Assembly: GCA_951406725.2 (NCBI GenBank)
Contig: OX597817.1
Span: 136,400,001-136,464,000, forward strand
Direction: 5' to 3'
DNA: 64,000 nucleotides
Source: Octopus vulgaris
Lineage: Eukaryota
Part shown: positions 38,010 through 51,329 of the stretch, in pieces
Position numbering within the stretch: the stretch's first letter is position 1
Layout: each line of letters opens with the position of its first letter
Made by a program: the position numbers and the translations under genes
Notes under the pieces: generated by a model
Told to the model about the DNA's origin: nothing
The model's database searches: none
What the model saw: only the letters and a program-made list of their open reading frames with translations

Positions 38010-38147
38010 AAACAGTATTGTACATTATTTACATTTGACAGATTGTTTGTTGTTAACTCAACATTTTGTCTGATATACCCTCCAGCCTTCATCAGGTGTC
38101 TTGGGGAAATTTCGAACCTGGGTTCTCATTCCTAAGGTATTTTTCGA

Positions 38148-38183
<36 letters not shown>

Positions 38184-38264
38184 AGTCACTGCCTGGAATT
38201 GAACTCAGAGTCCTGGGGTTAGTAACCCACACTCTTAACCACTATGTCAAATGTAAATAATGTA
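38010..38264 (-). mobile_element. tRNA-headed SINE with a hammerhead-bearing 3' part (family E)
   Basis: Head GACATAGTGGTTAAG..GAGTTCAATTCC (38247-38190), (AAT)n spacer, decayed HHR at 38100-38055, and a 20 bp inverted duplication (38021-38040 vs 38245-38264). Confidence 0.7.
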
Positions 38265-38397
38265 AATAGTTCTTAAATATAGAACTGTATAAACAGTATT
38301 GATTAACTTTTCAGTTTAATGTTAAATTGTTTTATATAGCTCAACCCCGGAAAGAACATTAATATGTGACTGTGTGGTAAGTTTGCTTCTCAACCAC

Positions 38398-40770
38398 ATG
38401 GCAAAGTCTCTGCCTGGCAGAGGGTGATCTGGTGGTGGAACAGTGCGATAGATAGGGCCATAAAAGTGAAGAGACAGGCACTGAAAGATTGGTGAAATGG
38501 AGGCAGCAAAGAGTGTTATCGGGTAGCCAAGTGGGAAGCTAGGTGAGAGGTTTATCTGGCCAATGCAGAAGCTGAAAGGAAGAGTTTTGCCAATGTCTTG
38601 CAGTGTGAAGATCAGAGACTTGAGGTGTTCTGGATTGCTAGACAGTGTGCGGGAGAGAAGTGTGTCCATATGGATAAAGGTAAGAAAGAGGCATATAAGT
38701 GCTACTATGAAAGTCTATTAAATGTGGAGAATGAATGGGAGAGAGAGGGAATCTCTGCTATATGAACCCTCAGAGGGACTGGCTATTCATGCTGACAACC
38801 GTATGATAGATAAGACAAGTCTTTGAAGACAGGGAAAGCTCCTGGCCCATTGAGTATCACTCTTTACTCTTTTACTTGTTTCAGTCATTTGACTGCGGCC
38901 ATGCTGGAGCACCGCCTTTTTAGTCGAGCAAATCGACCCCGGGACTTATTCTTTGTAAGCCCAGTACTTATTCTATCGGTCTCTTTTTGCCGAACCGCTA
39001 AGTGACGGGGACGTAAACACACCAGCATCGGTTGTCAAGCAATGCTAGGGGGACAAACACAGACACACAAAGTGACACACTTATATATATACATGTATAC
39101 GATGGGCTTCTTTCAATTTCCGTCTACCAAATCCACTCACAAGGCATTGGTCGGCCCGGGGCTATAGTAGAAGACACTTGCCCAAGATGCCACGCAGTGG
39201 GACTGAACCCAGAACCATGTGGTTGGTAAGCAAGCTACTTAGCACACAGCCACTCACTGTTGAGATCCTTAAAATATCTGGTGGAGTTTGCCATGCTCTG
39301 GTTCACTGTATAGTTAATTGTATTATTCAGGAAGTTGTCATTCCCAATGACTGGTGTAGCAGCATTATAGTCAGCTCCTACAAGGATAAGGGAGATGATT
39401 TAGATAGAAGTAATTATGGAGGCATCAGGTTGCTAGAGCAAGTCATAAAAGTTATGGAAAGAGTTATAGCCCAATTAATTAAGACCAGAATCACATTATG
39501 TGAAATGCAGTTTGGCTTTGTGCTGTTGAAAAGCACTACTAATGCTATCCTTATAGTTAGACGATTCATCATTGTCCCCCAGACCATAACAGAGGAATTC
39601 AAGATTGGTTGCTCCTGGGAACATATACTGATGACCTTGCTCTTATAGCAGATTCTGTAACAGTACTAGCAAAGAAATTTCAGGTGGAAACAAAACCTGG
39701 AACCAAAGGGCCTTAAGGTTAACTTAAGCAAAGACTAAGATTCTAATAAGCAAGAAAACAGATCAGATCCTATTGGGTAAATGACCCTGCTTGATATGTA
39801 GATAAGAGTGTTGGCATGAATTCCATATGGTGTACTCAGTGCAAGCTCTGGACACACAAGTGGTGCAGTGGAATAGTAGAAAGTTATCAGAGAAGGCAGT
39901 GTTTATATGTGGACGATGTACAGCAGTTATAAAAACTATAGATACTCAGGAAATTAATTTTCTCAAATGCTCCAGAGGCTCTTTAGAGGTAGTGGATAAT
40001 TTCTGCTTCCTAGGGAACCTAATTAGCTGTAGAGGAGGATGAACAGAGAATGTAATTGCTAGAATAAGAGTAGGGTTGAGAAAATTTAGAGAAAATGTTA
40101 CCTCCATTTCCAAACAAAAGTCTTTCTCTGTGAGTGGAAGGAAGCTTTTATGATGCATGTATGCAAACTGCAATGCTACATGGTAGTGAGAAGTGAAACC
40201 TGAATGCAAAAGACATGCTGAGCCTAGAGAGGAATGAAGCCAGCATGGTCTGCTGGATGTGCAATATCTGTATGTATGAGCAACAGAACGCTAGTGTATT
40301 GAGAGGAAAGTTGGGCATAAGAGGAATTAGATGAAGTGTGCAAGAGAGAATACTGTGTTGGTTTGGTCATGTGATGTGTATGGATGCAGACGTTTGCATA
40401 CAAAAGTGCTGATCATTTAAAGTGGATGGAACTTGTGGAAGAGGGAGACCCAGGAAGACATGGGCTGAAGTATTGAAGGTCTATCTCAAGACAATAAGCT
40501 TTTTTAAAGGAGGTGTCGGAGCGTTGAGATATCTGGCACCATACTATACTCGCAGAGACTCATCTGCCATAGCAGAATTGATACCAGGGCTGGTGCCACA
40601 CAAAAAGCACCCAGTACACTCTGCAAAGTGGTTGGCATTAGGAAGGGCATCCAACTGTAGAATCCTTGCCAGAACAATGGAGCTTGATGCAGCCTCTGGC
40701 CTTACCAGCTCTGGTCAAACTGTCCAACCCATGCCAGCATGGAAAATGGATATTAAGTGATGATGATGAT
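38398..40770 (+). mobile_element. Decayed RTE-clade LINE ending in the family A 3' module
   Basis: KTGKAPGP, IPNDWCSSIIVSSYKDKGD..NYGGIRLL, EMQFGF, YTDDL and GRGRPRKTW; internal RT deletion; SINE insertion at 38858-39253. Confidence 0.9.
38858..39253 (-). mobile_element. Young family B SINE inserted in the RTE
   Basis: Interrupts the RTE frame (..PLSIT | VEILK..); TCACT on both sides. Confidence 0.92.
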
Positions 40771-41513
40771 ATATATATGAGAGAGAAACAAGCAGATGTA
40801 CACACATACATGTGAGTGTGTGTGCAATTAAAATTAAACACATTCATACGCATTCAGACATGGAAAGATTTTTATTGTGGAAATTGTGTTGAAAGAAAAA
40901 ATTCTCTTTATAGACAATGTGTGTGGAAACACGTCATTGGGCTATGAACTATGTTATTGGCCTGTATCAGCAAATTTACTCATTACTGTAAAGTGTAGTG
41001 TCTAATATTAGACATTATTGACAGCGATTTGAGTGTGGAAAGAGAATTGGGTTCACCAGAAAGAGTTGATCCACCTGCCTCTTGTTTTCCACTGGCTGCT
41101 CTACTAATTCACTTCAGAGTAGCTGTCATTGCAGCATCTCAAATTAGATTCTTTAATTTGTTTCTGCTATATTCGCTGTATTAATTTATCTTCATAGATA
41201 ATTTGTTCATCAGTCACTTAGAAGCACCAATTTCTATCTAATGTCTAATGTCATTTACATTAAAATCTTAGCAGTAAATTCATATTTTACTCATAAATTG
41301 TTACGAGACTGGTGTGTCATTGTGTGTGCATATGTGTCTGTTGGTAGCTCTATAATTGAATCTGTACATTAGTTTCATCAATGTATCTTAGTTGGATACT
41401 AGAATCCTTCAGCTGAGGATAAGTAGATGGTGATTTTCATTTACATACGGCTGCTGTCACCTTCCTCCCTCATGGACTACTTAGATTAACCATAGCATGG
41501 ATTTAATGACACC

Positions 41514-41547
<34 letters not shown>

Positions 41548-41565
41548 TATATAAACGTGTGTAAG

Positions 41566-41596
<31 letters not shown>

Positions 41597-41925
41597 GGCG
41601 CAAGAATGGCTGTGTTGTAAGTAGCACATAAGTGCAGGAGTGGCTGTGTGGTAAGGAGCTTGCTTACCAACCACATGGTTTCGGGTTCAGTCCCAGTACA
41701 TGGCACCTTGGGCAAGTGTCTTCTACTATAGCCTTGGGCCAACCAAAGACTTGTGAGTGGATTTGGTAGGCAGAAACTGAAAGAAGCCTGTCGCATATAT
41801 ATATGGGACTGATAGAAAAAGTACCAGGCTTACAAAGAATAAGTCCTGGAGTCGATTTGCTCGACTAAAGGTGGTGCCCCAGCATGGCCACAGTCAAATG
41901 ACTGAAACTAGTAAAAGAATAAGAT
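41597..41925 (+). mobile_element. Family B SINE with duplicated head and internal deletion
   Basis: Two GCA(A/G)GA.TGGCTGTGT starts; AACGTGTGTAAGAT on both flanks (~41554 and ~41945). Confidence 0.85.
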
Positions 41926-41959
41926 ATATATATATATATATATCAACGTGTGTAAGATG

Positions 41960-41997
<38 letters not shown>

Positions 41998-42534
41998 AAG
42001 TACCTTATACATAAAACATCTTACATACATGTGATACGCACATATATGAAACATTGAAATTTATGTCAAAATTTGTGAGAGTTGTACTGAATGCATGTTG
42101 TAGAGTGTGTAGTTTATTGAAACTGAATGTTTATTTCCTGTCTCAAGTTTCACATCTCTGTGATTCATTATGGCTGGAATGATCAAGAAACAAAAAGTAC
42201 TTAGTTTGGTGTGAGTAAAATAGCATTTAATAAATACAGAAATGATGGGTGAGCTACTTCATGTTTCATAAGCAAAAAATACATTATTTGGCTGTGTACA
42301 CAAGAGATACTATGTTTGATCCAGCAATCATTCAGGCTATTATAATATGGCTGCAGAGTAAGAATATAAGAGAAAGAAATGTTTTTAATGAATGGGAAGT
42401 AATTCTGTTCTTGAAAGATATGTCCCTTTATTCAAGGCATGGGGGTTAAATTTGGCAGAAAGTACAATTCATGTGGGATGGTCATGCTCATTTACAACTA
42501 TAATGCAATGTTGAAACAAGCAGATTTATACACA

Positions 42535-43022
42535 TAAGCAGCTGAATTCTTTCAGTTTCTACCTGCCAAATCCACTCACAATGCTTTGGTCGACCCTGGG
42601 CTGTAGTTGAAGATACTTGTCCAAGATGTTGTGTAATGAGGCTGAACCTGAGACCTTGATGTTGGGAAATGATGTTTTTAACCTTACAAGTATATCTGCA
42701 CAATATGTGTATCTCATCATCATTTAACATCTATTTTTCCATGCCGGCATGAAGTTTGTTGAGGTAGATATTCTATGGCCTGATCCCTGTCCAGTTGTTT
42801 GCTCTGTGTGTGTGTGTGTAGTTGTTTTGCATGTTACTTGGTGATCTTGTAAGTGGTGGTGCAACATAAAACCACCTTGTACACTCTAAACTGGTTGGCA
42901 TTAGGAAGGGCATCAAGCCATGGAAACCATTCCAAAACGGACAATAGAGCCTGTAGAGCTCTTGCCTTTACTGTCCAACCCATGCCAGCATGGAAAGCGG
43001 ATGTTAAATGATGATGATGATA
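42535..43022. mobile_element. SINE fragment cluster: family B head (minus), family A tail (minus), family A tail (plus)
   Basis: Diagnostic blocks at 42545-42690, 42712-42790 and 42830-43022. Confidence 0.75.
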
Positions 43023-43616
43023 TGTGTAATGTGTGCAAGTATACATTGATTTGTATGTGTGTGTGTGTGTGTATGTACGATGTTTCTATGCACTGTGAAA
43101 CCTAGTAAAGAAATTGGAGCCAGGAGAGTAAGTGAAAGTCATGTCTCCTTCCTTGTTGTCTCAATGCCAAATATCAGCTGTCATGCTAAGGTCTTTATAC
43201 CTCTACACACTATATCTGTAATCATTTTGAATTTTGGACATGCATGTTTACAAATGCACGTTTATTGTGATTCTGCTTTTCAGTATAACAATAGATTCAA
43301 TTGTGAAGTCTTTACATTTTAACTCTGACACTGAAAGTAGACGTCTTCCATTAAAGTCATTCGGTCATTTTTAAAGAACCAAAAAATCTATCAACAATTG
43401 AATTTAGATTGTATTTATTTTTAGTGGCAAGCAAAGTAGAGCTGAATGGTGTGTTTTCACAATGTTAAACAAAGCCAGCATGAAAGCCAATAAAAATGAG
43501 AGCCAAATGAGAAGAGGGTCCATTAATTACACTGAGACATCAAGAAAGTGTAGCTTTGATTCCCTTTTGGCACTCACTTTTTATTGTTCATGCACATACA
43601 GACACACACACACTCA

Positions 43617-43652
<36 letters not shown>

Positions 43653-43952
43653 GAGTGTGTGTGTGTACAAAAATGCTGTTTTAAAAGACAGATATATAGA
43701 TTTACTATTCAGTTTTAGTTTACTCATCTCTAAGAAGCATTAGAATCTAAATTCAGTCGTGTGTTTGTGTCTGTATGTCTACACACACACACACTCTCTC
43801 TCTCCTTCCCTCCCTCCCACTGACTCATACTTATACTTCAATATTCCAATATAGCATAGCACAGCACTACTCTAGTATAGCGTGACCATTCATCATCAAC
43901 TGAGTTTCCAGACGATGGAGATAGAAATGTTTTTGCATTCAAAGGATCCTCC

Positions 43953-43995
43953 ATGAGAATTTTCTTCCTATTCTCTTTGGGATGTGTATTCCAAG
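43953..43995 (+). CDS. Candidate alternative first coding exon (MRIFFLFSLGCVFQ-G, phase 1, signal-peptide-like)
   Basis: First ATG after an in-frame TAG, strong donor AAG|GTAAGC, initiator-like TCAGT at 43753 in non-repeat sequence. Confidence 0.55.
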
Positions 43996-44534
43996 GTAAG
44001 CGTAGTTTGTTACATTGACAATACCAAAATAAAGAAAGGAAACAGAACCTAAAGAATTCTCGGGTTTGACAGTAAAACTGATTTCATTATGAAGGAACCA
44101 AACTTCTCTTTGCAATCAAACCAGAGAACTTTAGAGTTCACTCTGTCAATACCCTGGTTAGGTCAACTAATCTTTATAAAGTGGCTATTCACAAAATTTC
44201 ACTGATAACTATGGCACACACACACACACACACACACAGACCTATTTGATGGTGGTTATTGTTTAGCTCCTTGTCAGCCTTGATCAAAAATATTTCAGCC
44301 ATGACCATCCTGTTGTTTGGCTTTTCCATGCATAGGATATTCGGGACTGCGTTATCTAATGTTTTTTAAAATTTTTTTTGGAGAAAGCTGTATGGTATGT
44401 AATTTGAGGGAAATTTGACTTGTTATTTCTAGCAGGTCAAGCTTCTACCACTTAGGGTATCATGTTGGCTTATCAACTTGTGTGTTACATGGCAGAATCA
44501 GTTTGATACTGGATGAGTATGTCTTCTCTGTGTG

Positions 44535-44935
44535 TAGGAGTGGCTGTGTGTGATAAGAAGTTTGCTTCCACACTACTTGGTTCTTGTTTCAGTCCTACTG
44601 CATGACACCTTGAGCAAGTATCCTCTATTATAGCCTTGGGCTGACCTAATCCTTTTGAATGGATTTGGTATGCAGAAACTGAAAGAAGCCTGAAGTATAT
44701 ATATTTGTGTATATCTATATATGTGTGTCTTTGTGTTTGTCACCATCCCGACCACTTGACAACTAGTGTTGGTTTGTTTATGTCCCTGTAACTTAGCAGT
44801 ATGGCAAAAGAACTGATAGAATAAATACCAGGCTTTAAAAAAGAAAAGTGCTTGGGTTGATTCATTTGACTAAAATTCCTCAAGGCAGTGCCCCAGAATG
44901 ACCTCAGTCTAATGACTGAAACAAGTAGAAGATTG
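44535..44935 (+). mobile_element. Family B SINE, diverged
   Basis: Head, CORE-like body and CR1-type tail. Confidence 0.85.
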
Positions 44936-45639
44936 AAGATACACATCATACACTCAGCAACTCAATATTTGGATTATGGTCAACCATATCAGTTCGTGCA
45001 GCTCTCACTGTTGAGGCTTTTTTCCTGCACAAATAGTCTGTTTCCATCAATAAAATATTGCTGTTACTATTAAAAAAATAAATATTGTGCTAGAGTCTTT
45101 TTGTTTTCTTCTCATTCATTGTGGTTAATTATTACCAAAAAACATCGATGGAATTATTGAATGGGTCTACTTGTTGGCATTACATTTGTAAATTTGAAAG
45201 ATTGATATTGTTTTGGTTGTTGTGTTGCTTTATGTGTTCATAATAATTGAATATCAACTTGGCAGCCCTCAGCACTCATCAGCAAATATTTTGTTTGCTG
45301 AATTCTATAGATAGGCACAATATTTTGTGATTAGGTCCAGGCAGTGTCTCTTACCAAGGTACTACACTCATGCCAAAACACTGGCTGTCTGACAGTGTGC
45401 TACATCACTTATGCAGGTCTGTTGTCAACACGCATTGTCTAGGGAAGTGACTCTTTAAAGACAAAATCTGACAAGAAAACAATAATAAGTTTGCTGGAGT
45501 GTGTTAAGAATAATTACACAATTCATTGTTTTTGACTTGTTTTGCTCCTAATTTAATTTTAAAAATATTTTCTCACAAATATTTCTACAACCTTTTGTAC
45601 ACATTTATATGCAATCATCTTTCATCAGATTCAGAAATA

Positions 45640-47905
45640 TTTTGGAAGATTGCATCTGTGGTGCCTCTTTCAGAAACGAGACCAAAATGCATCTCATCCA
45701 GGTCTGTTTCTGTTTATTCCATGAATTCAGCAGCCTTCCATAATAACACTCCCATACTAGGCTTCAGGTATACTTGGCTAAAAGTGAGACAGAAAAGAAA
45801 GAGATTTGCTCATGTCCTGCAATGTAAGGATCAGGGGCATGAAGTGTTCAGGATTGGAAGACAATGTGTAAGAGAGACCCAGGATGTCATTGGTGAGAAG
45901 TATTTGGAATAACAGCAAACTTTCCTTTGATATGGAACAGAACAAACTGGTATGGGAGTGCAATTATGAAAGGCTGCTGAATGTTGGGAATGCATGGAAT
46001 AAACAGGAATAGACCTGGAAGAGGCATCATGAATGCAATCTTCCAAATGAGGTAACTAGAGGAGAGATACCTGGCTAAGAATAAACTGCTATATTTAGCT
46101 TTCATTGATTTGGAGAAAGCATTTGACAGGGTACCACGTTCAGTAATCTGGTGTGCACTGAGGAAACTAGTAGTAGATGATTGGCTTCTGTGGTCAGTTC
46201 AAGCTCTGTACAAGGATGCAGCAAGTAAAGTGAGAATTGCAACAACTTTGGTGATGAATTTAGTGCAAAAGTATGAGTCCATCAAGACTCAATCCTGTCC
46301 TATTCATCATGTTCCTACAAGCCATCACAATGGAATTTAAAACTGGCTGTCCATGGGAACTCTTGTATGCTGATGATCTAGTCCTCATTGTTGGATCCAG
46401 AGGGGAATTAGAGAAGAAATTCCAGGCATGGAAGCTTAACCTTAAGGTAAACCTAGCAAAGTGAAGATTTTAGTAAGTAGGAAGAAGGCAGGATCTTGGT
46501 ACCATTGGCAGGGAATGACCTTTGCTTACTATGTATAAACACCATGCACCATATTTGACGTAAGCAATGGACATACAAGAGATGTAGTGGAATCACTTGC
46601 AGATTATCTGAAAATGTAAGCATCATATGCAGTAGACACTGGGGTAGTTCATTTGAGCACACGTGAAAGTGAGTCTCTTAAATTCCCAAATAGCTCACTT
46701 GTAGTAATTGAAAGCTTTTGTTACCTAAATATACTTAGCAAGGGAGGTGGCTAAAAGTGCTCTGAAAGTATAGTGAGAACTGATTGGAAAAAGTTCAGGG
46801 AGCCACTGACCCTGTTGACAACAAAGATCTTTTTTAAGAGTGAAGGGTAAGTTGTATGATGCTTGTATTAGAACTGCAATGCTGCATGATAGTAAGACAT
46901 GGGCCTTGAATACAAATGACATAAGAAGTGAAGCTAGCATGCTCTGCTGGATGTGCAGTGTAAATGTGCACGAAAGAATTATTACAATGGTGTTGAGTAT
47001 TAGAGGAATCAGTTGTTTTGTGTAAGAAAGAAGACCACACTGGTATGGACATGCGATGTGTATGGATGAAGGCAGCTGTATAAAGAAATGTCTATCACTA
47101 AATGTGGTTAGAACTTGTGGAAGGAAACTCAGGAAGACACAGGATGAAGTGACTAAGGCTGACTTTAGGACCTTGAACCTGGTGAGGGAGATGACAAAGG
47201 ACTGGAATCTCTGGTGATATGAGATTCTTGAAAATACGAACTCTTGTCAGTTCTAGAAGTGTTACGCATTGTGCTCTCCACATATGTTACTAATTACTCT
47301 ATTCCCGACCCCATGGCTCCTGCAGACTATCCATCCATGTCATCCTTTTTCTTTTGTCCTCCCCCACCAACAACTGTATCTTTACTACTCCTTCCCCACC
47401 TCCTCTACATCCCTCTATCTCCTTCAACTCATTGCTCTTTGCTTATTTGCCCAGTAAGTCAGCCCATCCCCTCATTCTCCTCCCCATTTAATTGTGCAAA
47501 CCAGCTCTTCAACTTATCTTGTGCCTTGAGGGGGGCCATCTAGACACTTCCCCACCACTATAAATCTCTTGCAGCTCCTACTGTTCATTTTCCCTCTTTC
47601 TCTCTCCTTCACCTACAAAGTGTGAGTAGTCATGCAAGATCTTCTAGAACCTGCACAGCCTCTCCTTCTCATAGTTCTATCTCCTGTCTACTAGCATGAA
47701 GCTGACATCCCACCAAGGTGTGTAGTTATGTGAGCTGCATGGTGATCTCAATAGTGCAGGTGGCATGGAAAAAACACCAGTCTATGCTGTAAAGTGGTTG
47801 GCATTAGAAAGGGCATCCAGCCATAGAAACTATGCCAAAACAGATGTTGTTGCATAATGCAGTCCTACCCATACCAGCTTGGAACACAGATGTTAAATGA
47901 TGATG
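45640..47905 (+). mobile_element. Decayed RTE LINE with 5' inverted duplication and long 3' UTR
   Basis: AFIDLEKAFDRVPRSVIW, LNPVLF..WELLYADDL and KGKLYDACIRTAMLHDSKTW; CT-rich UTR, then the GGGCATCC block and (GAT)n. Confidence 0.9.
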
Positions 47906-48210
47906 AAATGTATTCATATCTGTTGCTATTGACATCACCATATTTACATGAATACTAATAGAAAGCATTTAGACCAATAAAAGACATGACTTGGATAAAC
48001 TTTGAAATGTTCTAAATTAGCTAGTTGACATTTTACTGTGATTCTAAAAAGAAAACTTAATAATCCTGATGTTTTTGTTTATTAACATACCAAACTTAAT
48101 AAAATGCAAAGCGAAAATGAATTGCATATAAATTTTTCATAATTACATATTGTGTGAGTTTTTTTATAGAACAGCATATGGTGTAATATATATTTCACAC
48201 ACATTCTCAC

Positions 48211-48240
<30 letters not shown>

Positions 48241-48242
<2 letters not shown>

Positions 48243-48390
48243 CATCATCCATGTTCTGTGCTAGCGTGAGTAGGATGGTACCACAAGAGCCAACCAGGCT
48301 GAAGCCTGCACTGGACTTCTGTGACTGTTTTGGCAGGATTTTTACAGCTGGATGCCCTTCCTAACACCAATCACTCAGCAGAGTGATTAC
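48241..48390 (-). mobile_element. Family A 3' fragment
   Basis: CAGCTGGATGCCCTTCCTAACACC and a CAT repeat. Confidence 0.8.
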
Positions 48391-51289
48391 ACACACATAT
48401 GCTCATTCTAAAATCAGAATGAATATCTAACCATAGATAAATTCAAAACTATCTGCTATAAAAAAATATCCTCTTTCTCATTGACTGGCTGTTAACTCTT
48501 GTTGACTTCACAGATTGTGTAAGGCAATGCTTAGTCAGTTTTGCTGTTTTATGTCCATTGAAAATAGCAGATATACTTGGATACATGCAAGACACTTTAT
48601 GGGTTTAATGAATGGCCTGGTTATATAGATATATACACTCTAAAGCAAAACACGTGTGTATGTAAATCAAATATGTATTATGTGGAGACATACCTACACA
48701 CATTGGCTATCACATGTACATTCATTCACTCACAATTTCAACATGTATCTTGAAATTAATCTCTAGAAGTTTAAAGAATTATTTTGTATTATAGTTGACA
48801 GTGTTTACAAGAAAAGGAGAAAAATGTATTTATAGCATCGCTCTTAGAATTATTAGTCTAATGTCTGGTTAAGTTTCTAAATGATCCTTTTCTTCTTATT
48901 TCTTTATACTTCATTGTTTCATATACTTGATATTACTGGCTGTATTAAGTTTAAAGAGGAAATACTGTTTTTTACATTAGGGGTAATACTCAGATTTTCT
49001 ACTTAAGAACCTAAATGAAGGCTTGGAAAGTCAAATGCAGTAACCATTACTATATATTTAAAGCATGGCTGCAAATCACATTTGTTGTATAAAATATTTC
49101 AGAAGCTGGACAGAGAATTGAACAGGCGTAAATATTAGAGGCTTAATGTGAAATAATGTAGCGATTTTCTCCTGTAAGATGTGTCAAGAATATTAAATGA
49201 ATGAACCAACTTATTTGTCCATCCTCTGTGATATGATGGCAATGTTACTGTACTTAGGGTACTCACAGATACCATTGCTGGTGGTAAGACCAACCTGAAG
49301 AGTTATTTTCTTTTAATATTTTTAATTGAAAAATTAACTGAAAGCTAAAAATTATGTATTAAAAAGAATAAAAAATTTTTCTGCTTTATTTTTTGTAACT
49401 TGGCACATGATTATTGAATCTTAAATTTGAAATAAAATCTGAACAAAATTCATCCCTCTTGCATTTATTGAAAAGAAAAGCAACTAGAAAGATGAAATAA
49501 ATACTTAACTAAAACTAAAATGAAACAAAATTTAATTCTTATTGTAATTTCTCATTCTTGCCAACATTCACATTTTTGTATTGAATTTTTTTGAAGGTTT
49601 TCTTCAACATATGCTAACATGGGAAGTATTGATTCCATAGAAAGTCCCTACTTTACTGTCTTAATGTCTGGGTAGTTGACTTCAAAACTTTCTTTTTTAA
49701 CAATTAGACAAATAATTTTTCATTGCTTTGTAAAAGCTGTGAATAGAATTGAGATGTAAACTATACATGTAAACAGTTTAAGTTGATGTTTGGATATACA
49801 AGATCACAATCTTTAGTATTTCCCTAATGTTAACCATTTCAAACATTTCTTTTACAGCATATAGGAATATTTCTCATTTTTTAAATGTTCATATAATAAA
49901 GCAAAGAAACCTCATAACAGGATTATAAAGGTGTAATAAGTTTGTTTTCCTTCTGTAACAAGTTTGCTTTCATGGGGATGGATGTGAAATGATCATACTG
50001 GGTAATTGAAAGAACAATTAGTGAGAGAAAAATCTTAGTGTTTCCTAATTTTTCAGAAAAGAAAAAAAATCCATTTTTAAAGATGACTAGATTTATTAGG
50101 GTTTAAATGATGCAAATTGTATTGATTTCTAAATAACTGTTAATATAGTTATATATTTCAACTCATCAGTATCATTATGTCTTCTTTTCATGTTGACATT
50201 ACTTGTGTCATGCCAGAATGGTCCAAATTCTTATTTTGAGTTACTGCCCTCCTAAATGAGTCACCCTTGTATATTCAATTTTCAGCATAGTTTCTATGAC
50301 TGGGATGCCTTCCTAATACCAACAACTTCACAGGATATACTCAGGGCAGAAGCACTAGAGAAGGTGTCATGTCCTCTTGACTTTATGTATCCACTTATTC
50401 ATCAAATACTTTACTCAGTGCATTTTATTGTGGTACCAGCACTTTTGAGGTTGCCTTGTATTTTGCTCTAGACAAAAGGAGTTTTCACGACTTTGTTGTT
50501 TGTTTGTTCGTGCAACATGGCCCACAGGTGTAGGGTGGATTGCTTAAGATGCATTAGTCTGAGAGAGAGAAAGAAGGAAGTATGGTAGAGAAACAGTGAT
50601 TAAGGACAGTGTGTAAGAGGAGGGAAGAATTAAAGTTAATAAAATTATTTTTTACTTCAAAATAATAACACATTAGATTTCGTTTTTTTCCATAAAAAGA
50701 AAATGAAGGCAACAATTGATATCACTGAGTGATGCTCTAGCAAACTTCAATGTATGAATTTTTAATGGCTTAATGTTTGTTTCTGACTGAATGGTGAAAA
50801 TGCTAACATAGAAGAGAATATTGTTCAATAAAAATATGTCTATGGTATTATGAAAATGTGTTTAATTGTACATTAAGACACTATTATATATTTTCTGTTA
50901 CCAATACAAACAAGTCAATGATATCATTAAAAGCAGTAAATAATTCTTTCCAATCATCTTGTCAGATGGATACATACATAACCTGCCAATTGCTTACACT
51001 GTAATTCCTTGTTTATCTGTCTGAGATGAAGTTAAAAAAATATACAAACAACTTCAGTGTTACATTTTTATGTCTTTCATAAACATTTGTTGATGATGAT
51101 AATAATAATAATGATACATGTAAGTATTAGACCTAACTTAATTGCTATTATTTCACTATGGCTGTCAATCAGTGCTGTGTTGACTGAACTATTAAGCCTC
51201 CTAGAAGTGTACAGTTTGTAATAACACTGAAATAAAAAAAAATATATATATGTATATATATATATGTGTATATATATATATATATGTGC

Positions 51290-51329
<40 letters not shown>

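Noticed and set aside
38180-38248. tRNA gene
   Set aside because: No complete acceptor stem or terminator; interpreted as a SINE head.
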